Source of the DNA: Octopus sinensis
Lineage: Eukaryota
Reading direction: 5' to 3'
Assembly: GCF_006345805.1 (NCBI RefSeq)
Contig: NC_043001.1
Span: 61,504,001 to 61,568,000 of the forward strand
Length of the DNA stretch: 64,000 nucleotides
Shown: positions 16,170 through 28,731 of the stretch, piece by piece
Layout: each line of letters begins with the position of its first letter
How positions within the stretch are numbered: position 1 is the first letter of the stretch
The notes under the pieces: model-generated
Database searches by the model: none
What the model saw: the letters and a program-made list of their open reading frames with translations, nothing else
What the model was told of the DNA's origin: nothing
Translations under genes and position numbers: made by a program

Positions 16170-16723
16170 TGTCCTGATGCAGTACCAGACAGTGGCTCTC
16201 ATAGCTTCTGATATTAACTGTTTGGAAGTGTTATCATGTACATTGTTTTGTCTTGGTATAAAAGATGGGCTACAGCAAATATTCTGCTCAATACCACAGA
16301 TTTGCTTGTCAGTTGTTTGACCTTAACCAGTTGAGCATGTCCCTTAGTGGCTGACGATATGTGCATCTCTGATCACGAGCAGAAGCAGTGGGGGAGCATC
16401 GTAGCAATGTGTTGAGAGGGATTCTTTGGCGTTTGAATAATTCACCTCTGGAAACGTAGGTGTTTCGTTCAACATCCTTAAACAACCTTATTCAGGGACC
16501 TTTTGAGCAGGATGGGTTACTCGACCAGAATAAAATCCTAACTGGGTCCCACCTGCAAGGCCATGTGATTTTCATCTTGATATGCGATCACTATGTCGCG
16601 CACTTACGATTGTGATTTATGTACCTAGTGTACTCTTATCAGACGGGTAGTCATGTGGGTATATCGGGCTTTGTAAAGTTGTACCCAGGTGTCACTTTGA
16701 TGGCATGCATTGCTCCCTCACTC
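16170..16723 (+). mobile_element. 540-bp (AAT)n-flanked non-coding repeat, copy 2
   Basis: End-to-end similarity to copy 1. A short duplication of its 3' end plus tail follows (about 16745-16775). Confidence 0.9.
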
Positions 16724-16774
16724 AGTAACGATAAAGATAATGTTCACCCGTTGCTCTCTCACTTAATAATGATA

Positions 16775-17290
16775 ATGTTCGTCTGTCGCTGTTGACGAAA
16801 ACCAAGAACACATGGGAGAAGACAGCTCACGCTGTGGCCAGGTAGTCAGACGCGTACTAGGAAGGCTCTGCTACAGGTCGGAAACTAATGGTCTGCAGGC
16901 AATGAAGGCAAGGAATTAGCTCTGGACTTGTGCAGCTCACGCTTTCTTTGTACTCCTGCAATCCTGTGCGTAGGCGGTGGTACTTCTGTTGCTTCAGTTA
17001 CGCTAGGCTGGGCGGTCCTGTGCTTGAATTTCCCAAGTGTCAGTGTTGACGTATCTCTGAAGCATTATTTTCTGTCAAGCTTGTATGCGCTTTCCTTCTG
17101 CCAGTTCGCTGTAAAAGTCTTTGGGGAAGCGTGACTTGCCCACCTGACTTGCGCTCTCCTCAGCAATGTGTAAATATCTAACAGATCAGCTTGAGAGAGG
17201 ACCTCCGTATGTGGGACCTTGTCTTGCCAAATGATTTTCAACAGCTTTCTCAGATAGTTCATGTAGAAGCAGCTTCAGCGTGGTGTTCAT
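16775..17290 (-). mobile_element. RTE (BovB-like) LINE 3' fragment
   Basis: Minus-strand MNYLRKLLKIIWQDKVPHTEVLSQADL...LRRAQVRWASH is the typical RTE post-RT region. The 3' end gacagacgaac runs into an ATT-like tail. Confidence 0.8.
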
Positions 17291-18899
17291 AAACACTACA
17301 AGTGTCGCAGACATTTAATACATATCTTAAATTCAGTCTACAGCAATTAATATAATAGTGAATGTTCCTAACGGCCTAGCTTGATGTTATATAATATTAT
17401 CGGAATCAAATATTAAACATAATCACACGTGTCATTCGATCTCGAATACTTAAAAAAGTACAAATTTTCCAGGAGCACATCGCTCCTAAATTGTAAAGTA
17501 TTAATTTCTTTTCTAACCTTTCACTTTACTATATATATTGAATATATAAATGAAATATATGCTCTGTCATTGATTTTTTTTAGTTCAATAAGCTTTCATA
17601 TTAATTTGATGACTTATTATTGCAATGTAATTATTGATGAAGTGAGGTTCGTAAATTATTCCTTCAAAAATGTTTAAATACCGTAACAGTAGTCGTTGGG
17701 ATCTTCTTGCAATATTTCTCAATGTTATGCTTATTCTGTTATTGATTATTTGCCGTGCACATAAACACTATTTATCACTTGATGTGTAATGTTCTCATTT
17801 AGATAAAGAATTCAGAAATATATCTGGAATGTATTACTGAAAGTGCTTATCGCCAAAGATAAAACGTCAGAATTCTCTCAGTGACGACTGTAAACTATTC
17901 ACAAAGATGAGGCTCGATACATCGAATTGCATACAAAACTGTTAAAATGATAACGCAGGCAGCAACACCAGACTAAGCAATCATATACTCTTCGCAATAC
18001 TGGCTTGTACATATTAATCGTGATAAAATTCAGGATATGAATATAGGTTCTTCGGATTTAATATTTCGGATAATTATTACGATTATCGGACGGGTAATAA
18101 ACTACGGTATTTAGATAATTATCACAACTGTTACCACTACCACAACTAAAAAATCTCATCACAAACATCACCATCGACATTGTTATCAGAAGAATCAGCA
18201 GCAATAATATATTTGCACTATACAATCTGGTATAGTTGAAATCGTGTAACGGATTAAGATTTACTTCTTTTTCAGAAGCATTTTATTTTATAATTGACTT
18301 CATTTTTATGGAGAGTGGGACAGAGAGTAACTATGTATGTGTGCGCAAATAATCAGATGTGCGTGTATGTATGCGCTGATTTGGTATTATTGGAGATCAT
18401 TAATGCTTGATAATACAATTTTACTGGCTTTGTACTAAAGAAGTCGTCACATCATGTTTTGCTCTAGAGCGCTCTATGATACTGTTGGCACTCAGCTTTG
18501 CTCAAAGACAGACTTGTAGTACATTTTATTTCCTACAGTGCATTTGCTACTTCATATAACACAAAACTGAAGAATGAGAATCAATGTTAACTGGTAAAGA
18601 TTGGAAATCAGAACGTAAAAAGTGAGACAAATAATAGTGAAAAGCAATGTAGAGACGCTCTAATATATTTCCCAACTTTGAGGGATTCATTTCACAAAAT
18701 TCGACAAACTTTCAGTGAAATACAAATAAATAAGTTGTTTAGAAATTTAAAAATTCGTGATACGAATATTTCTACGTATGTACATCTAAGCATGTCTGTG
18801 TAAATAGTATACATATATAATACAATGGCGGCCGGTTCTGGTATTTCTCTAACGCTCAATGACGAAATTGGGTAGATTTTTCCATATGTTGATTATTGC

Positions 18900-19396
18900 G
18901 TATCTCTCACGCCTTCGCTCCGGGGAGTGAAGTTAATTTTCTTAGCTTATCCCTGTAGCTCATTCGCTACATTGTGTCAATCTTTTTAGTGTAGTGATGT
19001 TGGACTGCTTCAAGCTCCTCTATTAGTTTGGCACTATGTGATGACCATAAGTGGGAGCAGTAGTCCAGGAGAGTGAGAATAAAGGTTCTCCTAAATGTCA
19101 ACATTGTTTCCTGGTCTCTTGTCTTGAAGGACCGTAGTATCCATGCTGCCAGTTGTCTGCACTTTGCTGCTATCTTAGTAATGTGCATATAAAATGATGC
19201 GTCGTTGCAAATACTGGATCCCCTAGTCTTTCACTTGACTCTGAAATTGTAGTACCCTCGGGTCCTGCATTTGCAGGTTGTAGTACATTCTAGAGTTGAT
19301 GGTGCAGTGCTTGAAATTTTCGTGCAATAAACTGCATGTTGTTTATTTCGACCCACATGTATATCGAATTCAGGTCCCACTGTAAGCTTGCAATGT

Positions 19397-19400
<4 letters not shown>
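18900..19400 (-). mobile_element. CR1-like LINE RT C-terminal fragment
   Basis: LQWDLNSIYMWVEINNMQF and HITKIAAKCRQLAAWILRSFKTRD...LDYCSHLWS...LEAVQHHYTKKI are degenerate CR1/L2-group motifs. Confidence 0.8.
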
Positions 19401-19442
<42 letters not shown>

Positions 19443-19967
19443 ATATATATATAGTTGAAATGATGATCTAGCACTCTTGAATATCACCGCAAGTGGGGAT
19501 TTTACATACTCCTTAGTCGTGCATGAAAGTCGATGATACTGAATAAAATTTATATTGGTCTACTAGAAATTTTTACCTGCATTCATTACTAATACCAATT
19601 TATATTAGAATTCACTTTTGGTTTGTTGAATTTGAAAATGGTCAACATATATCTTGGCTATATTATAGATATCTTGGGAATTTCCTGCGCACAGATTTTG
19701 TACCTTTACATGAACGGATGATTTAATTCAACAGAAAAGGATTAAACTTGCCTTGGTGTAATATAATCAGCCTGGGTAAATATTCATTTTTTAACACTTG
19801 TCCTTTATCTGTGAAGCGGTGACACAAATTATGAAGTCGATCTAATTAGCTAGCAAATATTTATCATGTCTTCGTATATGATCACCTCCTTGGAATTTAC
19901 GAATAAATCTACTACTCAAGGCATCACTACAGTTGTAAACTCTATCACACACACACACACATATATA

Positions 19968-21066
19968 TTAGGGCATTCCTATAAATAATGCGGGTTTTTT
20001 CAATTGCATGAACTAAAAGTCGGAGGGGGGGGGTAAACTACATGCATCAACTTGCTATAAGAGCAGGTAGTAATTTTGTCTTGTCCTTATTCTAAATACA
20101 AGTTTTGAAGTGTGCAGTTCGATTTTAACAGTTGAAGTGACAAACGAGTATATTTGGCATATTTTGCTGTATGAGTTCAATAAAGACAACAACCCAACGG
20201 AAAGTGCGAGGAATATCAATGCAGTATATGGAGATCGGAGTATAAGTATAACCCAGTGTCAACGGTCGTTCCAGAAATTCCGAGCCGGAAACTGCAGCCT
20301 AGAAGACGAGCCTCTTCCTGGAAGATATTAGAGCTTAACGGGGACGTCCAGTAAACACTGGTGGAAGAAAATTCCATCGTAGCTGTTGAGCAATTAGCAG
20401 AGAAGCTTGGAGTTAATCACTCAACTATTCATCGACACCTGCGTACCATCGCAAAAGTCAGCAAATTGGGTCAAACTTTCCGAGTCTAATCGCGCGCAGA
20501 GAGTGACTGTGTGCTCTTCTTTGCAGCCAAGTCTCACGAATGAACCTTTTTGACACTGAATAGTGAATGGAGACGAGAAATGGGTTCTCTATAAAAATTT
20601 CAAGCGCCGAAGACAGTAGGTAGGGAAAAGAGAAACAGCGGCACTGGGTAGAGAAAAGAGAAACACCGGCACCCCATGAAAAGTTTACTCCAGTTTGAAC
20701 TTTTATATCCAAACCAGACGATAACAAATGAAGATCTACTGCGAGCACCTGGAGAAGCTTAATTCAGCGCTAGAAGAAAAACGACCGTCTATGGTTTCAA
20801 GACGAAAGTTGTAATTCCATATTTATAATGCTCGGCAACATACAGCGAGAATGACATCACAAACGCTGGAGTAGTTTCAATGGAAAACGATTTCCCAGCC
20901 ATCATATTCACCGGACATTGCCCCATCTGATTATTATTTATTCTGCAGTCTTCAAAAAAATATGAATTCTGTAGACGAGATCAGAAGAGTAATGGAAGAT
21001 TATCTTTCACCACGGACAAGTGAATTTTGGAAGAGGGGATTTGCAAGCCTACCAAATAGATGTAGT
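19968..21066 (+). mobile_element. Mariner (DD34D) transposon, decayed, right end missing
   Basis: Left end TA-ttagggcattcctataaataatgcgg. Transposase pieces HILLYEFNKDNNPTESARNINAVYG...FRAGNCSLEDEP, IVNGDEKW, (Y)NARQH and SPDIAPSDYYLF with 34-residue D-D spacing (the second D is mutated to Y). Confidence 0.9.
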
Positions 21067-23385
21067 AATAAGTATATATATATATATATATATATGAATA
21101 GGTTCATATGTGCGTTTGTGTATGTGTGTGTATGTGCGTCTGTGCATGTGTGTGTGTATGTGTTTGTGTGTGTGCATGTGCGTGTATGTAAACGTCTCTG
21201 TGTTTGTGTGTATATATACTCATACATATGTGAGTTATATTTTCAACAGTGACGTTAAAATCTTACCTGATTTTTTAAGTACTTCAATTCTGTGTATGTA
21301 CTTATATTTACTAGGTTGCTGACATTTATTAATGGTTATTCCCACTGTGCTAGTTTCATTAATGAAACTCACTATTTTCGTCGACACGAGTATGCTAGTT
21401 TACAAATATTTACTGCACTTCTAACCTTTATTTCGTGGGGTTTTTTTCCTATTGCGTTGATATCCCATTTTCTATCATTGATAAAAGTGTCGGCATTTTT
21501 GATGACACGGGTATTCTTGTAAGAAATAATATTTAATATGATTGAAGAAAAAACATTATTAAGTACATAAATAAATAGACTGAGAAATTTTAAGGTGTAA
21601 ATGAAAGCAAAAAATAAGAATTCATTGTTGAAATTAAAAATAAAACAGAAATTCTAACATAGTAAAGTCAAAAGTTCAAAACATTTAATGCGGTTTTAAT
21701 TTCATGTGCTTCCACCCTCTATTTATGACGTCTGATGAACGTCTGAAAAACCAGATGCAAAGTTTACATGAAACCAGTGATAACTTTCTGACTGGTTATG
21801 TACCATAACCAAGAATATATTACTTGACAATATGAGTGTGTGTGCGTGAGTGCGTGCGTGTATGTGTGAGTGCGTGTGAGTTTACTATTTCATCGTTTGT
21901 TCCTAAATACTGTTACTTATACTTAAGAAGATGACTTGCAAATATTTATTGAAACAGAATTGACATTAACAGCATACTTAGGACGAAACCGGACATATCT
22001 AAATCATAATGTCTAACCCATCATTTATATATACATGAAAACATAAGGTCACACCCACATTCATATTCACCTACACGTCTACAAATATGCTCAAGCTTAA
22101 ACACATATACATGTACACGTGTATATGTATGAATGTTTGTATGCGTGGGCGTATTACTTTATGTAGGCATAGCCATTGTATATTTTATATATTATCCCAG
22201 TATATACTGTCATATAAAGAAATATAAATAATATAGAGAATTTTTCCTGGTGAATTATTGAAGAAGTAAATGTAGATAAATTTTCTAAATTTTTATGTTG
22301 TTCTAATAGAATAGAAATTAATGCACAACAAGTCTGCAAACTTTGCAATGTTCGGTAATAAATCAGTGCTGTTTGAATTTATGTGTATATTGTCTAGAAG
22401 AAAATTGTATTTCACTGTTTTAAATACCCGTCAATGATCCCCTCCAGAAGTGTGGCGAAGAAATATTAGGTGTTATACCGTTAAATGATACGAATGAAAA
22501 AATATCCCAAAATTATTGCTGACAACCATTTGAAATATAAAAATAAAATTCGATATGTAACAGTGAAATTACATATTGTGTTCATTTATGTAATGTTTCA
22601 AATATGTCTGCTACTCATAAATCACATTTACTTTAAAATGTTGACAGTCAAATCGGGGGTCTTTGTATCAAAGAACGACACCACAAAAGAATGAAGGAAT
22701 ACTTTACATTAAGATCTTAAATCAGGGATTATCACCCACACACATCTATATGTAGGGCGGTGTCACAATATGGCCGCAGTTTAATAACTGAAACACAATA
22801 AAAGATAAAATATGGAAGAAGTATATAAAATATATAAGTATTTATGAGTATACCTATATAAATATGTGGGTGCGTGTGTGTGAGTGAGTATATAGTTACA
22901 TATATGCATTCAAATATACATATGTGCGTATGTAATGTTATTACAAAAGAATAACAAGAGTGATTAATTTAAGTATTTCATTCATTTCAAGGTATGATGG
23001 AAATTTCGTGACTAAAATGTCACCACGAAATAAATAAATGAAAACATAACGCCGGATGTGTTTTTTATACGACGAAGTTCATAGCAGTGTATGAACGAGA
23101 ACATAATAAATTATACGAATTTCTTAAAACAGTCACATATCGTGCCCTGTGCATGACACTGTGCACTGCACAGCAATAAGAGAGGGCTTATATATTCATT
23201 TATTCTTTTACTTGTTTCAGTACTAGACTTCACCACAAGACATTGATAAGAACAGTGCTACATTTTCACACTATGAACTCATAAACTGTTTCGACTCAAC
23301 AGCCCCCTCCTTCTTGTAACAGATTCCACCTTCTTAATTTGAGTTAGTTAAAATATGTTTGCGACATACTTTAACTTCTAAAGAA

Positions 23386-23926
23386 AAATTCACTGCACTT
23401 GCCGTAGAGAAAAATTTCTCATTTATGGTATAAGGTGTAAAATCACCTTTTGTGCCCAGTATTGCCCTCTATTATATTCACAGCCGCAGCGCTTCTGACA
23501 CTTTAGCCTTTCTCAATGGGAAATACCGAAGAGAGGTAACGCTGCGCAGATTTTAAGCCGTAGTTTTCACGAAAAAACAGTCAACAGCATTCATTGATTT
23601 GCTCGGTCGGGAGAAGTTCAGTAGTATCAGCACCAAGTACTGATTGGGCGTAAGCGAACGTTAGGTTAGTTAAGATGTTTTGATATGGTGGAATTTCTCC
23701 TGAATGGACGGTCCATTAGCATAACTCAGTCAACGATGTTGGGAACATTTTGGTTAAAGCTTCAGCTTTAAGCGTTACCTATTTTCGGTATTTCCCATTG
23801 AGGAAAGCTAAAGAGCCAGAAATGCTGCATTTCGTAAATCGATAAAGGTCACCCCTGGATAGATATGATGTTTTTACACCTTTTACTATAAGACAGAATT
23901 TTTCTCCACGATAACTGTTGTGAATT
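23386..23926. mobile_element. Fold-back/MITE-like element with ~170-bp diverged terminal inverted repeats
   Basis: The left arm (aaattcac...gtagagaaaaattt...aaggtgtaaaa...tttagcctttctcaatgggaaataccgaa...ggtaacgct) matches the reverse complement of the right arm. Confidence 0.8.
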
Positions 23927-24093
23927 TGCCTTATCTGAAGTTCGCTTATGTCTAATCACTGCGTATTGCATATAGTGCTGGTTATATATATATAAGTTCA
24001 GCAAAAATTTAGATTCAAATGAATATGGTACTTAATTTAGATGCACCAGAATTTCGTATGGTGTTATCCATAGAAACCCGTGGGGTGATTATA

Positions 24094-24795
<702 letters not shown>

Positions 24796-24820
24796 ATATA
24801 TGCTTATATATCTATATATA

Positions 24821-24959
24821 CTGTTGTGTCTGGGGAGAGTCATTCTCATTTTGGTACCTTATAATTTAAAACACTCACCGGTAAAATTTCCACTTATTTC
24901 TTTTTATTTTTCTATAATTTTCGTTGCGTCTTGCAACCTTTTCAATAGTTTTGACTCTG
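24821..24959 (+). repeat. Dispersed repeat, second copy of 1320-1450
   Basis: Direct sequence match. Confidence 0.85.
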
Positions 24960-25397
24960 TCCCTTACTCACACTGCGTTCCTTTTTATTTATTTGTGCGC
25001 ATGTGTGTGTGTATGCCTATACATGCATGTATGCATGTATGTATTCTGCATATCAATGTGTTTGCATGTCCGTGCTTGTGTGTTTCTATGTATGTTGTGT
25101 GTGTTTGTATATGTGTGTGTGTGTACCTCTGTCTCTCTGTGTGCATGTCTGAGTGTGTGTGTGTGTTTTGCAACTATGTACCGTGTTTGTATGTATGTGT
25201 AGATGTGTGTCTGCATATGTGTTCTTGTGTGAAGTAAAGTGTGTGCGTGAATATAGCTATGCGTTTCAGTCTTCATTTGTGTATGTGTGTTTGTCTGTTC
25301 ATATAACCTATGTACCTATCCGTCTGTATGTTGATCTGTTTACTTTCATATATATATGCTTACATACATGTACATATATATATATATATATATATAT

Positions 25398-25771
25398 GGG
25401 ATGGAAGCACTCCGTCGGTTACGACGACGAGGGGTCCGGTTGATCCGATCAACGGAACAGCCTGCTCGTGAAATTAACGTGTAAGTGGCTGAGCACTCCA
25501 CAGACACGTGTACCCTTAACGTAGTTCTCGGGGATATTCAGCATGACACAGAGAGTGACAAGGCCGGCCCCTTGAAATACAGGTACAACAGAAACAGGAA
25601 GTAAGAGTGAGAGAAAGTTGTGGTGAAAGAGTACAGCAGGGATCACCACCATCCCTGCCGGAGCCTCGTGGAGCTTTTAGGTGTTTTCGCTCAATAAACA
25701 CTCACAACGCCCGGTCTGGGAATCGAAACCGCGAGTCCGCTGCCCAAACCACTGGGCCATTGCGCCTCCAC
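25398..25771 (-). mobile_element. tRNA-derived SINE (family B), near full length
   Basis: Minus strand starts gtggaggcgcaatggcccagtggtt (A box) then ggtttcgattccc (B box). Flanked by (TA)n. Confidence 0.85.
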
Positions 25772-25859
25772 ATATATATATATATATATATATATATACA
25801 ACTCACACACACACATACATACATCTATCTACATAACAGCCTACTAACTACTCTCCCTG

Positions 25860-27188
25860 TGGTATAACTTTGGTATATTTCCTATTTAGTGTTGGGGAAG
25901 TTTCATTTATGAGGACATACTCCCGTATTTGTCTGTGTGTTGGATCCTTTGGGTGCTTGAATAAGATGCAGATGTCAACTTTTCCCAGGTTGCCTCCATG
26001 TTGGTAGAGTATGGAAGACTTTGTCGTCATATCGTCTCAAACGCTTATTTAGTCGTTCCGCAATGCTACTAGATGTCTCCCCTATGTATGTCATGTTCAT
26101 GTCTTTACAAGCACCTTCTATACATCTTATGCTGTAAACTACACTTCTAGTTGTACAGTTAATGCCAGGACTAATCGTACGTGCCATGCAGTTATCAATG
26201 GTGCATATGGTATTCTCAAAGGGGTACGTCCTACATAGTTGTGATCTAACGGAGTTCCCTGGCTTTTCAACAATCTTAATGTTGACTTTTGGTCTCCTTC
26301 AGAGCTTTTCTAAATTGATGGGCTCGTTCTCCATGGGATGTGGCCTCTACAAACATTGCTCCTTGATATTTGTCGGTTTTATACCATGTGTTCACCCTGT
26401 TTGCTTTGTCACAAGTTCTTTGTATCCTATTTCAGTCTTTGTTTAGGGCAGGTACCACTAGTATCATTACGTATAATCTTATCTAATTTCTTTCTAGCAC
26501 CCCTGTATACTCGAACCCTATGCTTTTGATCATATGCAGAGAACTGCACGCGATGCATGAAGTTCTGTATGTTTTATTCGTTTAATAGGGTTCGCATAGT
26601 GGGGGCACGTTGTTCATTATCCTAAGTCTTCTATCAGTATGTTAATCAGTATGTGTGACAAAGATGAGTTCTTGTGAACAGCATATTTTGAAGCTATGGG
26701 TTTCATGTAATAGGAGTGGAGAAGCTGCACTCTGTTGGTCGCAGTCTCTACCCAAAGTTCAGTATCAAGTACGGGGAGTCTATTGTTGGGGTGCTTAGTG
26801 AGATAATCTATAGTTACATTGATACTTTGGTGGATGGAGTTAGCTACTTGCTGGATGCTCACCACTACGACCGTTATTAGTGTTGACCCTAACTGATATT
26901 AATGCCATCTACATATATACTGTAGAGTAGAAGAGTTGTGGACTGTTCTGCTAACATTTGCTCAAGTTTTCTGTCCTACCAGGTCATGAAGAGGCTGGCC
27001 ACATCTCCACATTCGCCGACACTGATGGCTGCACCTTGAACCTGCATGTATAGGTTTTGTATTATATTTTACTATGTGGTTCTTCAAAGTGGTTTTTACA
27101 CTGGCCCCTATGGCATATGCAATCATTTCTTTCACCTGATTATTGTTCTCAGGGTTTGGGCGGATGCGGTCCAGCCACTTCAGCACTC
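25860..27188 (-). mobile_element. Penelope-like retroelement (RT + C-terminal GIY-YIG), 5'-truncated and decayed
   Basis: Degenerate RT core (GDVA.LFM.W, YVDGIN), thumb region RLPVLDTELWV...YYMKP, and endonuclease CTTRSVVYSIRC...TYIGETSSSIAERLN. Confidence 0.85.
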
Positions 27189-27287
27189 TGTGTATTACGT
27201 AGAACACGGTTTACTCTTAACAACATTTTTGACAAAATTTTGTTCAGAAGTTATTTTGTGTTAAAGTTGTCGTATTTGGGTAATTTT
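27189..27287 (+). repeat. ~100-bp dispersed repeat, inverted partner of 28000-28097
   Basis: tacgtagaacacggtttactctta...gtgttaaagt.gtcgtattt.ggtaatttt present in opposite orientations. Confidence 0.8.
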
Positions 27288-27335
27288 GGACGCTGAATAC
27301 ATATATGTACGTAAATACACAGACGCATGTATACG

Positions 27336-27369
<34 letters not shown>

Positions 27370-27999
27370 AATACATACACACACATACTTTTAGAACGCT
27401 GAGGAAAGGAAATGGACGTGGGTGTGAAGAATACATAGCTTAAGGACGGAAGGGGATTGTGAATTTAACGACAGTTGTTCATGCTGTCCATCACCCTTAC
27501 CCCCCCCTCCACACACACACATTCATACGTAAAGCTGATAAAACGCCGACTGGAAGCAAGGAAAAGGAGAAGGTTTAATTAATTAATATGCAGCGATAGG
27601 GAATTGGTAAGTTTATATAAGCTGTCGTTCAGATAATCAACACACCACCTCACTCTCTGTTCAACCTCTCTCTCTCTCTCTCTCTCTCTCTCTATGATTT
27701 GTTGGAAATAACCGCCAAATCTCTCTCAATGTCACACGCTAACATTATATAAACGAGAGGACACATTGCACAAGATGGAAAAAATACACGCACACACACA
27801 CGCACACACACTATGTATTCCCTATAAAAGAATTTCCCGTTTTTCTCACCTTTCTTATCTTTTATACTTTTATCCCACCTCTCTCTCTCTCTCTCCCTCT
27901 CTCTCTTTCATGACCCGATGACCCTGAAGCTGTTGCTCTTCCATTACTTTCGCAAACAGCAGTAACTTCCTTCAGCTGAATACATGTTAATGGTTGGTT

Positions 28000-28097
28000 A
28001 AAATTACCTAAATACGACGACTTTAACACGAAATAATTTCTAAAATACAAAATTTTGTTTAAAAACGCTAAGAGTAAACCGTGTTCTACGTGACACA
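28000..28097 (-). repeat. ~100-bp dispersed repeat, inverted partner of 27189-27287
   Basis: Reverse complement matches 27189-27287. Confidence 0.8.
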
Positions 28098-28315
28098 TTC
28101 AACCAGTATCCGAAGTTTCAAACTGATTAGTTGAAAAAAATTAATTGAAAAACCAGTGACTGTGATTGAAAAGATCCCTAAGAATATGTAAATATATTAT
28201 CAAATTATATGTTTTGTGTATTTCTCAAACAATGGTTGAATTAAATTGAAATGTTATTCTAAACATAGCATTGTTTTTTCCTTATTTGACAGGTAATTTA
28301 CCAGTAAAAATAATA

Positions 28316-28497
28316 ACAGAACTCCTTTGCAATAGAATGTTCGGTAGAGCTCCTACAGAAAGTTTGGCTCCTAAGGACAGCAAGGATTTTCAGGAGGGTT
28401 CTAAGCACTTGAAAGATTGCTGAAAACTTGTGGATATCTCAGGTTACAGGTAGCAACCCGCAACCCACATAAATCTTACAGGAATAAGAACAAACAA
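28316..28497 (+). mobile_element. R4/Dong-type LINE 3'-terminal fragment (family D) with (AAT)n tail
   Basis: ELLQKVWLLRTARIFRRVLST* (stop 28410-28412) matches the QK..LLGTA.ILR..LS C-terminus of families A and B. A short 3' UTR then aataataataat follows. Confidence 0.75.
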
Positions 28498-28509
28498 AAT
28501 AATAATAAT

Positions 28510-28717
28510 CCTTTCTACTGAAGGCACAAGGCCTGAAATTTGAGGGCAGGGGACTAGTCGATTACATCGACCCCACTGTTTCGCTGGGACTTAATTTATC
28601 GACCCAGAAACAATGAAAGGCAAAATCGACCTCGGCGGAATTTGAATTCAGAGCCTGAGACAGACGAAATGCTGCTGAACATTTTGGTCAGAGTGCATGC
28701 GATTCTGTCAGCTCCCC
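28510..28717 (-). mobile_element. tRNA-derived SINE (family C) with (ATT)n tail
   Basis: Minus strand ggggagctgacagaatcg (A-box-like) then tgaattcaaattcc (B box). Ends ccttgtgccttcagtagaaaggattattatt. A second copy lies at 32003-32211. Confidence 0.8.
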
Positions 28718-28731
28718 AAATTAATAATAAT

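Noticed and set aside
21732-21762. CUGAUGA followed by a 6-bp stem
   Set aside because: There is no GAAA after the stem and no G10.1-C11.1 pair.
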